NCBI RefSeq assembly: GCF_964204645.1
Contig: NC_134029.1
Location: 6,262,001 to 6,326,000, forward strand
Source: Tubulanus polymorphus
Taxonomy: Eukaryota; Animalia; Nemertea
DNA: 64,000 nt
Direction: 5' to 3'
Made by a program: the position numbers and the translations under genes. Below are positions 21,401 through 36,400 of the stretch, in pieces. The notes under the pieces were generated by a model that was not told the DNA's origin, did not search any database, and worked only from the letters and a program-made list of their open reading frames with translations. Each line of letters starts with the position of its first letter. Position 1 is the stretch's first letter.

Positions 21401-24400
21401 ATCAGGAATGTATGGTGTGTATCGTTTGCGGAGAGTGTACCGGATACGGAAACTCGTGCGTTAACAGCCTCAAAACCGAACGAAATCCTGGCCAGTAAGT
21501 TTTATATACGTAGTGAAGCAGTCGAGTATCCAGTTCCACGAAGTCTCTTTTCGAATTCTACATGTATTACACTTGTTTCAGACCGTGTGGATGTGGATCT
21601 GGTGATGCTGGCTGCGTCGAGTGCGGTATCTGTCGATCGTGTGCCGGAGTTGCTGGTGATGATGATAAACAGGAGATACTGTTTGATTTTTTTACGAAAA
21701 CGAAAGAAGCCATTAAAGTGGCACATAATTTAGGTATATTTGGTAGGTTTAGATTGATAGATTTGTCCTCAGCCTGAGTGGCCTCCAATGATATATACTC
21801 AACTACCATATGTAAAGGGTTGATTATCAAATACTGTTACATAGTACTAACTTAGAAAATTTGCGTTTAAGCTTAGGAAAGCTATTGGCTTAACTTAGAT
21901 CAGAGTTAAGTATGCCCAAGTTAATCATGGTTTAACTGAACTAGTAAAGCAACGGCTAACAATGATCTGTGTCCATGTACTTGGAATAAAATGGAAAGAT
22001 CCCACTTGGGAATCAAGTCCACAGTTCTGACTCTTGAAATTAACTAATTTCTACTTAAGAGTCAAATGTTGAAACAAGTCCAGATTGAGATGGTTATGCT
22101 GTTGTCGTTGTATTTCAGGTCGTCGCGGTTCTCGTACTGCCGGTAATATCGGCAAACGATTCAGTGAAGAGAAATACCGCGAGCGAATCAAGAACAAAGG
22201 AGCTGCTGCGGCGTCCCCTGTAAAAAAATACTCTAAATCATGTACGTATTCAAAAGATATTCATTCTATTATACAAGGAAAAATGAAGAATTTGCGCAGT
22301 TCGTGACTTAGAAAATTCAGGGTGGTCACTTACCTGAAAATCAAGGAAAAGTTAGGAAATTTTCTTTTCTTTCAAAAAAAAGATAAGGGAAATTAGTTGG
22401 GATTGCTAGATATCCCACATAAAATCAAACAGTTTCCATATACCCGGTATGTCTTATGTTTTGGACTGTGTTAATTGATTGGATTCTTAGCAGATCAAGT
22501 CAGAGAAAAACAACATGCATGTCGGGGAATTCTTAGGGAAAAGTCAGCGGAAAAGCATGTCAAATATAAGTGGCCACCCTGAAATTTTCCTAACCGCTAT
22601 ATCAACCCATATTTGATCAAAATTCATCGAAGCTTTGGCCTATCGCTGAGTGCTCTGATAATTACTCTAGGAAATGATTGCAATTTTACACAATCATACT
22701 TTCAGTAAGTGAAACGAGCACCGATGCCGAGACTGAACAAGCCAAAACCGTCAGTTTGTCACCAGCCTTGGTTACTATCGGTACCGGCACGATTCCTGTA
22801 ATACATATAGCAAGCGGTCTACATCACACGATAGCTCTGCTCGAAAATGGCGACGTTTACACGTTCGGTCACAATTCTTGTGGACAACTCGGCCTCGGTG
22901 ATACTTCTACTCGGTACGTATCAGTTTTACATTTCATTCATGTATTCCAAATATCAAATACCGGCAATTTATACATTGTGCGGTGTCCCTAAGACTTAAA
23001 GACTCCTTCAGAATGGAAAATGCTTTTAAAGGTGCTTGAAACTCCTTTGATTTATTCATTTGTTCACTATGTTAACTCGGCATATATATTGTTCATTTCA
23101 TTGTTATCTTTAAGTGAAAAATGAATTGTATATTTGATTTGAACAAAATGCAGGAAATTCCTTTAAAACCTAAAAAGATTGATATTGATTCTTAAATTTT
23201 TTGTAGTGGTACCCCATGTAAAGTAATGTTACACCATAAAGCAGTTCAAGTTGCGGCGGGCAGTTCACATTCAGTGATTTTGACATCTACTGGGATGGTC
23301 TACACTTTCGGCGCTTTTCAGGTAAATATCCGTTTACCATGCGTACTAAACCTTCGAAAATATATGGCATTTTCTAACTAATTTGTTTGGTTTGTTTCGA
23401 TGTTTCAGAAGGGACAACTAGGTCGTGAAATTCCAGATGATGGCTTAAGCAAGGACAAAAAGAAATTATGGTTCTCATTGCCAGGTTACGTTCCAGGCAT
23501 TGGTAAGTTGACGAAAGATTCGGATTTCTTGTAAAAACTTGACTGCATATTGTTGCTTGGATTCTTCAGTTGAAGTTTTCTACTCATAGGTATAAAGTAT
23601 GGCAGGAAATGTACATGGATCGGTGCAAGCGGTGACCAGACTTACATGCGAATTGACGAGTCACTGATCAATGCTCATACATTGACGAGATCGAGCATAT
23701 TTGCCAATCAGAGCTCAATCGGTAAGTGAAGTGATAACTCACGAAAACTTTCAGCAGGTTTAGTAAAGTAACAGTGGTGCTTCGTAAGTTAAATGTCTTC
23801 AAATTAAAAGATGAGAGTTTGTAAAAACATTGGTTATTGGTATTATCTGAGGATGGTGCTTGTCAATGTTCAACTTATGCAAACCTTTCTGTCAAAAACT
23901 GTTAACAATCGCAATACTTTACAGATAACAATACTTAGAACGTTTGGAGAAAAATTTCACCAAAGACTCTTTAACATATGATTCACTGTTATCTTGTAGG
24001 ATTGATTCCAAACTGTGAAGAAGGTCAATCGCCAATCAAATGTCTAGTCATCAGTAAAACGGACGGAACGTGTCGAAGTTTTAGCGGAACCGATCAGGCT
24101 AATCTCGGTTTGAATAGCGTCTGCCTTGATCCTTGTTACGACGTTTTATGGAGGTACCCAACATCTTGGCTGAAATGAAATCCTTCATGCAAAAAGATTT
24201 CTGGGTTGACTTAAAAAACTAATTATCGATAACTATATTTCAGTTATTCACCCCAGCGTTCGACTGTGACGTGTTACAATATTTTACGTTCGGAGACCCG
24301 CGACCTCGAGAACCGAAGTCCAAGTGTTTGTAGTATACTCACACCTGAACTGGCCGTACCTACACGTCCAAATTCTATCATATCACGAAGCAATTGTGCA

Positions 24401-27400
24401 CTTTATATGTTAGGTAAGTGTTTACTTTATGGCAAGTGAAACTATGGACATTTGGAAAAGATTCTTAAAACGTCCTTTTCCATAAAGGATGATATATATT
24501 CTATTATTATGACATGTAGTTATAAATATCTTCTTTACAAATAAATGTTATATACCTAAACATTACTCAGCCCTCAACGGGCTTATACAATACCAACTTC
24601 ATTGATCAGACATATCCATGAATGGATTCAAGTGGCACTGAAAAAACATGAACTCTTTTTACTCCAACATTGTTCAGTGAAAGTTGCTAGAGTTATTTGA
24701 TAGTTGACCATTAATGTTTGAAACTGTTGTTGTTTTGGTAGATCTTTGAAATTGTGCATCTCCTGTGCCATATTGACTAAAAGTTCCGTTCTTGTTCATA
24801 TTTCTTACAGTGATGTGATGTTTTAATCTCGCGGCGTAATTATACCTTTTTTGTTCGATTTCAGGTTGTTTGGACACGTTGACGACGGCTTCACAACTTG
24901 GGCTACAAGTCGCGACCGAGGAACACGAAAAACACGCTCCGAATAAAATCTACACGAAGGAAGATTTTAGCGTCGTAAACAGATTCAAAAGTGAGTTGGT
25001 GATTATTCTTACAGATAATCAGAATTATGCGCATATCTTATTTCCTCAAATAATTAATTTTGTTACACCTATTTTAAGGTCACGGTGGAGGTTGGGGTTA
25101 TTCTGATCATTCTGTCGAATCAATCCGGTTCAGTACGGACACTGATATCCTATTAGGTGGTTTTGGCCTCTTCGGTGGACGTGGACTCTATTTCGGCAAA
25201 ATAAAGGTAGATTCTTACTCCACTCGGACTGTGGAAATGAAATGAAATCTTTATAATCCTTTAAACGCGAATTTTGCACCTTGTTTTTGAAGGTGTTCGA
25301 TTTGGGAAATGATGGTGGAGAAAGCGAAACCTACGGCGATTTACTGGCAGAAACTGAAGAAATACCATTTGAATGCGGCCCTAGGTAATATCGATATTGA
25401 TGAAATCATAAAATGGCTCAAAATCAATTCAAGTTAAAAGTACTGTGTTTGCGTACATACATCGGTTGCTTGATACTATTTCACACTATCAGGACTTATA
25501 GCTGAAAAAGGTCCAAAAAAAACCATTGATGAATGGTGGTAAACAGGGTCCCTGCGAGTCCTTGATTCCTTAAAAACTCATTCTAAACAGAAAATGCTCT
25601 AAAGGAGCTTGAAACTCCTTTAGTTTGTGCAAAATGCCTAAAATTCTTTTAAAACTCCTTCAATTTTGAGAAATAGGCAACTAGAAATATTAGTATAAAG
25701 TACACCTAAATCGATAGTTCGGAACAGGACTTTTTTTAGGCCCAATTAGGCAGTTACCAAATTGGAACCAGAGTTTAGTTAGTACAAATGATAAAAATGT
25801 GCTTAGAAAACCACAGAAATAATGGTTTACCACGATAAACAGTACCGATGTAGGAGGAATCTACTGTAATAGGGATTGTAAGTGATGCGAACACTTCCTC
25901 GAAATTTGAAATTTTCAGTAAAACTCCTTGAAAACTCCTTATATCCAGGAATGACCGACCCCGGTAAAATTAAGAACATTTGAAGATAACCGTAGTGGGT
26001 TTGAATCATGATATGTTTGATTCGGAGTTATGTGGCATTGCTTGTCCTGTCATTTTGAAATAGCTGTTGACTCTAATCGGCCTCAAACACACAGAACCCT
26101 GCCTGTCAGATACTTCCTATGAGGTCCGGATGCTCATACAATATCTAATGCAGTTGTATTATCGTTGCATGTTTACTGTTTAAACTTTTAAGGGAAAAAT
26201 TTCTATTTCACCTCGATGAACCGATATTACTCACTGCAAACCAATGGTATTGCGTATGGGCTCGAATCATCGGGCCGAGCAGTGACTGCGGATCCGGTGG
26301 CCAATCTCACGTAGTCTCCGACGATCAGTGAGTATATAAACTTTCTAAATCTACCCGTCTATCTTATCGTGTATCTGTTTCTTACTATAGGGAGGTATAC
26401 ACAATGCTTTTGGATGACCCTGTACCGTTACAAGCGAACTACTGGTACTGTGCCTGGGCTAGTGTATCTGGCCCAAACAGTGACTGTGGCGCTTGTGGAC
26501 AGGCGATGGTTATTACAGAGGACCCGTAAGTAACGGTCGGAGTCGTGTGTTTTGATGTCCACCCAGTTTATTTTCAATTCACTGACATTAGTTTCACGTT
26601 TCAGGCGGCTGTGTTTCATACATTGACGGCATGCTCTTGTAGATTTCTTCAGTTGCATATTTTTCATTCAAGAATGTGTTTTTTTTTCTTCATTTTTCCT
26701 CCTATTATGCGCGCGGATGTGTACTTCTGAGTAGATAGATACTGGGCTTGTGTTAATCACCGTACACGCAGAATAGTGTATCTTTTTCCATTAAATCTCA
26801 AAGCTTCATTTTTAGACTCTGTCAATGTATTATGTAGGTAATCTATTGAATATGTGGAGTCTAAACTCACTGTACTGTAGATATACGTATGCACTTAAAC
26901 TTGTGCAGACCTTAAACACATGCTTCATATTCGTATTTATTTAGTGTTTACGTACGTACCATCTTCGGTGCACTATTTCTTCTCAAATTATAGTCGTCTT
27001 GGATGTCGTGAAAACCACATGCCCAGTGTCCCTCTCTTAGTTTCGTTTATACGATGAATCAGCTGCTGTGGTTATCAGCTTAATTGCATGAATTCCATTA
27101 TTTCATCTGATATTCAGGATCGAAATAAGTAATAGATCTATTTTCATGAATTGTAAACTTTGTACCTTTGTTCATTAAATGTGATGAAGAAGTGACTGAA
27201 TTTATTACTCGTTTTGGTTCTTGAATAAAGATCAGTTTTAAAATTTATGGAAACTGACTATGGCACTGATAAGTTGATTAACAGCGTGTAGCAACTGATT
27301 CAAAAAAGTAATGAATTGTTTCATATGTGTACAATGATCAGTTATAATCGTTAATATGCATCATTTTCATCTCGCGCGCTCGATATGTATTCATTGATTT

Positions 27401-30400
27401 ACATTATGTTTGAATTTGTGATGATTGATTGAAAATTTTCATTGAATTTCGTTTATGTCTATAACAGCATTGATGAATCTATGAAGTTTATGTAGATAAA
27501 CTGATATTATTCGAAATTAAATCTTCAGTAGAGTTTAGGTAGTTGAACAACCATAACAGCTTAAACACAATGAAATATCATTTTCAAATGAATAAGCAAA
27601 TTCATTTGATGCGAGCGTTTTGGGGAATATTTCCCCTCATCAAGTGACTGGAAATGGATCACATAGGTACTTATATACATACTAATCTTTGATAGTCCAA
27701 CCTAAAATTGACTAGTTAACCCTTTCAGTGCTGACTAATTAATACCCTATAGTGCTGGAGAAAATTTGAAAATTCTAAAAAATTCAACCCTAGTGTGTTG
27801 AACAATGGGAATACCACTATAGTGCGTCTACACCGCAGTGCGGTGTATCGTTAGTTACTAGTATTTCACTATGTTTGACACTTGCTGCCATTTTTCAATA
27901 GAGATAATTACAAATTACTAATTACATCAATACACCGCAGTGCGGTATTCTAGCAAAATCCATCACTGATTTATACACCGCACTGCGGTGTAGACGCATC
28001 GAAAGGGTTAAACATGAAGATTAATTGATTGAATAGATTCCACCACTAGATTCATTAAACGAGGGGATATGTTCCCAAAAACGTCTATATTGAATAAATT
28101 TGCTTACTCGTTTGAAAATTAGATATATTGTGTTTAGGCTATTATGGTTGTTCAAAATATTGCTCTCTGTTGCTTTAATACTGACACATGTTGCATTCTT
28201 GATGTATGTACATCCTGTGAAAAGCACGTTTTTAAAGGAATTTGTAGAGTAGAAAGTGTTCATTTTGATAGTTTAGAGCCTGAAATGGCCACCTCAACCC
28301 CACTTCATAATGTGGATTGTGGCTTAGCATGATTTTCTATTATAACCAACTAGCGTTGAAGCAGTTCCGAAAATCTTCCATTAGAATTTGAGTGATTGCT
28401 TAGTTTTTTGACTCGTCGATATCCAAAAGAAATGCGTATGTATTTGTTTTATAGGGTGGCATTCAAATTCAAAAGTTCAAAAAAGTCGAACAATGGAACG
28501 GACGTAAACGCCGGTCAAATACCGCAGATATTGTACAGGTAATTGGCACTGTAAAATTCAAAGGACATTCAGAACAATGGAATTATTTATTCCTTGACAA
28601 TCTTCCCTCATGAAATTTTAAGTAAATTGACATACTGTATATAAATATTTTTGGATTTTTCAGGCTGCCCACAGCAGATAGTAACTCAGGAAGTCGTACT
28701 CATTATCCCTCGGAGCTAATCCATGTAATCAGCCCAGACTTGCCCAGAACAGTTACTCCTGTAAGCTACTTATCTCATTCAATTCTCATTACCGGCAGTT
28801 CAAGTTCCGATCGTATAGCGGCTAATCATTTTCACTCTCCACAGACCATTGTCCCATTATAAAAATTATTGTGAAATCTGTCAATATTTTAGGATTGTTT
28901 CGAGTCGTTGTTGAAATTGTTACACTGGAGTTGGAACACATTCAACGCCGTTATGATGGAGATCAGAGAGCTGAAGGGTACGAACATGGTGGCGGCCATG
29001 TTGGATTTAGAACGATTGGTGTACATAACTACAGCCACATTGAGATTGTTACGCACATATATCTGTGAGGTCTTCCCGAATGGAGGTATATATAGAGATT
29101 CAATATTCTACTTATCAAAAAAGAGAAAAGTAATGAAAGAGGATTCGTAACATATCCTTTTAATTGCAGGGACGAAAAAGCAAAGACCTGAATCGACGAA
29201 GCTCGCTGAAGCAGTAGGTGAAACTCGCGCGTTACTGAGACGTATTCTAACAGAAAATAGAGCCAACATTTACCATCGCGAGAGCATTTCAGTGCCCGGT
29301 TCCGAGCCAAAATACATCAAACTCGGACACCAAATCCTGGAAGAATGCCACGAGACGTTCGTCGCTTGTTTCCACGCGTTTTATCCGACTGGAAGTTTGA
29401 AATGGTTGTGTTTATGTGATCTGTTGAATCTAATCGACCCGGTTTGTAGAATCTTATAAGCTAGTTAAATTTATGAAATCACACTCTGTTGTATTCTCTT
29501 TAATACATTCACTACCGCCGTGTTTCTTCTCGGTTACTACTACGAGTTATCTCGTAGTTTGCAATCGAACGAGTACGTAGTCAGCCATTGTTCAAAAATT
29601 GACCGATGAGCATTGGGGGAATAAAGAGGGTTCGTTCACGTTGCCAGCCAATCAGTAACTGATTCATTCATTTTTGCCGGAGTACAAGTATCTAACTGTG
29701 AATAGGAACGATCACTCGTAGTGGCTATGATGAAAGACCCAGATATCTGAGATATCCGGCAGTGGCACATTTGTACTTCAAAGTAATAGATATTGGTCTG
29801 GCGATGTTGAAATTGTATCATTCTTGTTCATATATAGAGCTATCACGACGTAGAAGGAATCGGTCGTTTATTAGCGGCGGTGATGGAAGCGTTATGTCAT
29901 CCGACGGTTAAACTCAGTAACGTGCTGCCAGTTATGTGTGAATACGAAACGCAATTACTGCTAAAACAACAATATAAACTCGACGATAACAGCCCGGATT
30001 CTCCACAGAGCGGAGACCTCAATAGTTTCCCATTGCTTATAGCTCACATGACTCACCGAACTGAGGTATGTATACTTAGCATTGTAGTGTACATGTATGT
30101 GAGTTTTGGAACCTTGGGTTCGGCCACAGTTCCGACTACACTTGACTTGGAATAAATAATTTCTACCAGAACCTGATAAAGAGATTTTGCATCGTTTCTA
30201 TTAAAGGTTGAAGGTATTGGTACTAGTCATATGTTCAAAGATATTCTCGATAAGTTACTATCAATAGTCACTTTGTCGGTGAAACAGGCTTTGAGTAAAG
30301 AACGCGTTTCGTATTCCGACGAACTAGTACTGAATACCTGCACGCTGTTAACGGCAATCATCAGTGAACTGACCGCTGCGGCTGCTGGATCTGAGGTATG

Positions 30401-33400
30401 TTATCTATTTCATATAAGCATTGTTTTAAGTAGTTTAGGCTGTGAACGAAGTGCAGGTAGAGCCTTGCCGAAAAGATGGTTGCCCAATCCTCAGCTATTT
30501 TGGAAAATAGTTCGTGGAGATACTAATTGATAAGATAGAAATTTTAAGTAGGTGTTTCATTACGTAGGATTGCAAAAAATGTTTTCATCTGTATAGTATT
30601 TCGTATTACGGTAGTTAAAAACTGGTAGTTAGAACGTCAGGGGTGGGATTGATGTGAAAAACTGCAAAGAATAGATGGCTGCTTAGAAAATGTGAAAATA
30701 TGAGAAATCTGTGATTGATCATGAAAATGTTATTGCACTTAATGAAGAAAAAAAATTTGAAAAATCTTGGAAAATTATGTGCACATCTCAAGAGTCCTGA
30801 TATTTTGTCTCGAATAAAGGGGACGAATGTAAGGATCTGAAAAAAATGTGATAATTCTATAGTTCATCAATCTGACCCCTTGATGGTTACGTATACTTTA
30901 ATTTATCTGTTGTTTTGTTTGTTCATAGGGTGAAAGCCCGACTGCAAGTCGACCGTTGTTTACAACACCGAACAGATTTACACGCATGAGTCAGAATGCC
31001 TACTGGAACCCGGGCAACGGTTCACCGGACGCGATATGTTTCAGCGTCGATCGGCCGGGAATTGTTATAGCTGGTGTCGGCGTGTACGGTGGGGGTTCTC
31101 ACTGGGATTACGAACTAGAACTTCTAGACGAAGTCCATGTAAGTTTTATCAATGTACTCATATCAGGAAAAAAATGAATCATAATCATGAGAAGAACTGA
31201 TTAGAAGATTTGTAGAGAAGCGTTGTTAGAGATAGATAATATGCAACTAATGCGTAGTAGCTTGTATCTTGAATAAAGAAGCTACTATGCATCAGTAGCG
31301 AAAGCTTATATCTTCAATACTAGATAATTATGTTTTATTCGATGTTTTCGATTATTTTCAGTCGGAAGGCACGCATGACCCATCTCACACTCAACGTTGG
31401 AATAGTATCGAACTGGCTAAAGGATCTTACGGTTCCGATGACTGCACTAACAACATCAGCGAACTGAAATTCGAACGACCCATTCCGATTAAAGTATGTT
31501 TGTGTGTAGAATTTTAAAAATCTCATTCTTAAAACCTTTAATTTGCTGGGTAACAAAACAATTTGATCAATCGCATCGGTCTTTTACAGGAGGGAGTTAA
31601 ATACGCTATTCGATTACGCAATCACGGGCCGAGAACCTTCAACGGTGATGGCGGACAGTCGAAAGTCAAATGTCAAGATGGAACTACATTTCTATTCAGC
31701 GCGTGTTCATTAAGTAGTAACGGTACGAATCACACGCGAGGACAAATACCACATATTCTATACTACAGGTCTGTATTACATTGAACAAATACAATTGCAT
31801 AGCTAAATCAGTTGAAGTCATTGTCTGAGAACTTTTTCATCGCAAATATGCAACAGTCAGTTACGAATTGGTACACGGTTGTATTACTGTGTTTGTTTAT
31901 TTCAGTGCCCCTCAAGAAGGTGAAAACCGACTTCAGAGCAGTAAAATGATAGCCGAATACCAGGCGCGCAAAAGCATCATTTCGTTGATCGGATCGATAA
32001 TCAGAGCGGCGACTGACATTCTACACAAAGCTCACAGTTGTTTAGGTAACGGTTATATAATCACTTACCCGGTAATACATTTTGTAAACAGTCTGACCTG
32101 TGTCGAGAATTGGCTTTAACGTGTTCTATGATTGTTGTAGATCAAGAAGTGATTAGAATACTCGGTTCAGCGCAGATATTTTGTACGTTGCTCCCGCTGG
32201 TGTTCGCTTACATCGGACCGGTGGCATCTCAGGATCCTAGGGTAGGTTTTCTAATCGACTTTCTAAAATCGAGAATTTGAAGATCGTGGTCATCCTGTAA
32301 AATGATTCGATTTGTCGTTGTAGAGCGCTGTACAAGTTCTGAATTTGGTTCAGGAGATTTTGCCATCTGTTGCGTCGATCAACAGTAAACTCTTGCCGTT
32401 AGTGAGTTCGAATCAACCGGAGATCGGTCCATTGAATTTCGAGTCGTCGACGACGTCGAGTCATTACGCCGAAATCGAAAGCGATCATCCGTACAAGCCG
32501 GCGACGGTCGCCAATTATCGTCTGACGTTTCCGTCGGAGGTGAAGTGGATTTCGATTGAGTTCGACTCGCAGTGCGGAACGGCCCAGGTCGAGGATACGT
32601 TGCAGTTGTACATTCCCTCCAGCGCGATGATCGGTGGCCCTAAAGCTCCGTCGCTGACCGGCAGTATTACGCAGAAATCCGCCATCGCGATCGAAGAGAA
32701 AGACGTCGATCTGACCGATAGCGTGCCGGTTTTACGGAAATTTTACGGTTTAGACAATTGGCCCCAAATGGCTATCGTTTTACCTGGTAAGTCGGTGATA
32801 ATCAACCTGTACTCCTCTACCCACCCCCTGCAGAAAAATCATCGAACAATTTTTTTCGTCTTTGTCCAGGCAATGAAGTTTGCTTTTCATTGGAAACGGC
32901 GTCCGACTACGTGAAAGATGACAAAGCTTGCTTTTATGGATTTAAATGTTCGGCAGTTGGCTACGAATGGACCGGAAAACCTGAAGAAGTATTTAGTTCG
33001 AAACCATCCATTAAATCGTTCTGAAATTCGATGTAGGCTTAGGTTTGATTATGTCCATATATTGTCCATTCATAGGGATTGCTGCAATTGGAAAAAGCTA
33101 TAACTTATCTAGGTGGAATGTGCGCTTCTGCGTTGATGAGAAAAGATATCATCCTACCTCCTGGTATGTTAGACTTTCTTAACTAAAACCTATACTTTAG
33201 AAGATATCGATCAATTTTTTATCGTCTGTTATGTGTGAATTTCAGTAACAATAGAAGAAGCTGAAGAAGATCTCGATTCGCTAGAAGAAAGCGCCGAACA
33301 AGTATTCCAAGCTCATTCCGGATTGCTCGGTAAAGGCTTTGCTCTGTCTCATTCTCTGACGATATCTCAGGCATTAGAAGGCAGTCTTCCGTACAGCTGG

Positions 33401-36400
33401 CAGTCAAACGAACGCGCGTTTCTGAAAGACTTCGTCGCTTGTTCACCGGGTACAAGCGGTGGCAGATTAGCGAGGTATGATTTTGTATCTTTTGTGGAGT
33501 GGTCTGTACTTCCCCCGGGCTTACCCTTGTATGCACTAATGTACATGTAGTTATATTCATCTGTAAAAACATGCACTCTTGAGCCTGATGTCTATTTCAA
33601 CTTTGCTTGAGAGGACATTAGATGGCCTAGCTCAGTCAGATTTAGTAGTACATAGGTCTTATGTCTGATGTAGGCATGGAAACATATGATTAAACATTCA
33701 AATTAACGGAGTTGCTTTTCTCTATTTCACCCCAATCAAAGAGAATTTTGGCAATCCTTCAGTACATGCTCTCTAGCTCAATTTTAACGACATATTCTCA
33801 CTGTATTTTCAGGTGGTTACAGCCCGACTCGTATCTAGATCCAAAACAATGCGAAGTAATGTGTAATAAAGATGATTTACAGTGTAGCTGGCCTACTGTA
33901 ATAACTGTTCATACGAAGGATCAATACGGTCACCTCGTCGATGTCCCCATTCTGAAGGTTCGAGTTAAAAATTACTTAATACTCGGTGAAAATGTGGGAT
34001 CCTTAATTTCTGTATGCCCGCACATTTTCAGGTGGAAGTGAAAGCCATACCTGTTGACAATAAAGAATCCTCCGGCGAAGATACGAAAAAACTACGCCGT
34101 TTCAGTCGACCCGACGAACTGACCTGTCTGATATTCGGAGGTCATCCCCCTCCGCGACTGGACGTTCCGTACGATGTCACGATCAAAGATAAAAAAGACG
34201 CTTATCACTCTATCTGTATGATGAAGGTATGTACTGGTATATTCCATGAACGTATTTTCAATCTGGTTTTGAAATAAACTTCTCGGGTAGGTTTTATAGA
34301 CTGGTGTCGTCATTAACCCGGGGGGTTAGCTCAATTCATTTTCAATTGAGTTAACCCCTGGGTTAAAGTTAACAGGGCCTGGTTTCGGATTAATACTAGT
34401 CTCAATGCTGCTGCCGCAGTGTTTCTTTCAAGTTGCTTCTACGAGTTATCTCGTAGTTGGCAACAGAGCTTTAACGTAGTCAGCTATTGTTAAAAATTCA
34501 ATAATGAGCATTGTGAATGAAGAAAAGTTAGTTCACATTGCCAGCTAATCAGGTACTCTGTCATTCCAATTACCAGCCAGAGTGCTAATAACTAGTGTAT
34601 AAGAGGAATACGCTACAAGATAACTCGTAGTCTCAATAGCGGCAGCACCCGAAATACGATGTATCTCGTAGTTAACAGCGAACATAGTTCAAGAGACCGG
34701 GTTACCAAAAAAAGGGTTTCTTGTAGGCCTAACTGGGATTTGTTACCAATCTGTTTGTTACACCAGGATCGACTCTGTCAGTGATTCATGTTTCTTCTCA
34801 ATTGATTCCAGGCTTATGAAAATTATTCTTTCGAGGAACTTCGCTTTGCGTCGCCGACGATCCGTCGACCGAGTGAAAATATGCTCGTACGCGCGAATAA
34901 CGATGGCACGTACGCAGCGAGTTGGACACCAGGAGGCACTGGTTTCTATAACATCGTCATGACTATCGACGGTTTTGAAACAGGTGAGACGGGTTATTTT
35001 TGCGTCCTCTGGTAATGCGCCGCCTACGGTTTGCGTAATCATCGCGCAGTGTTTCCGAGAAGAAATGAGGAAACCTGCTTCCACCATTAACCTACCTACT
35101 CATTAATGCAATATTATCAATCCTCGGATGACTTAGCATCCGCAGGTCGGGTTTTAACTGACTTACCATCACAAAAACCCCATTTTCAAAGAAAGAAAAT
35201 TATTATTTCATTTTATATTGAATTCTCAGGTGAAGCCTATAAAGTTGAAGTCAAAGATCCACCTCTTGGAGTCACTCCACCTACAAAAGGCACTACTAAG
35301 AAGCCTTCTCATATTCCGAGCAAGGTAATTACTGAAACTACACCCGGTAAATACATGTTTTCTTAAGATATCATTTGCTATTCAGTGTTCTATCATTCTC
35401 CAGACTCGTAAATTCATCGGGAAACACAGCGCCGGTCTGCGCGTCCGACAAAATCCTTCTTTGCAGAGTGAAGAGATCGGAATTATTCCTCCGAATGGCA
35501 TTATTGCCTTCACCGATGAGGTAAATAGTAGTTGAGCTATAAACACGAATGCTTCTATCGCTAGAAATGATCGGCAAATTGAAATGCGCAAATTGTTGCT
35601 GATATTTCAGATCCATAACGACGACGGTGTGTGGGTTCGATTGAGCAATCACTCGATTAAAGAATTCTGCTCAAATGGACATACGGAGGCCTGGTGTTTA
35701 CAGTACAATCAACACCTCGGCAAAACCCTGCTCGTACCCGTCGATGAGCCGAAATCGATCCTCGACGAGATCATCAAAGAAACGTCGACTCGTAAAATGC
35801 CGGATATCCTTCGAGAGCCGTCGTTGAAAGGTCGAGCCGGTGGTCCGGGGGTTTATCAGGTCGTCAAATGCGGCCCGTCGGGTCATAATATTCGCTGCCA
35901 TCCGACGATGAAAGCAACGCCAGTCGGAATGCTCGTCCTCGGAAATCAACTCACAGCTACTGAAGATGTAAGTTGTTTAAAGTTAGTTCATTTCTAAAGG
36001 TCTCCATGAAATCAGCCCGACACTGATAATGCATGCCCTTCTGTAGCTGACTAACTTCAAAATGAAGTCAAACATTCTGATTTGCAGTCAAACAATCTCA
36101 TATCATACACAAGGTCTCGATTCTGGTATGAGAAATGTGGAGGCTGTCGTTCCAAAATACTTAGATAATGTATTGCACCTTCCTCGTTGTTGTATTTAAT
36201 TTAGATCGTGAATGCTGAAGGCGTTTGGGTGAAATTAGACCACACCAGTCAACAGCATTACTGTCACGAAATGGAAGGAGAATCGTGGTCGTTAGCCGTC
36301 GGGGTCGACGATATCGTTTATCTTCAACACGAATCGGAACTCAGCGCCGATTCTGATAACGGCGGCGGCCTCTCACAAGGCGAACCGATGTTCGGGTACG

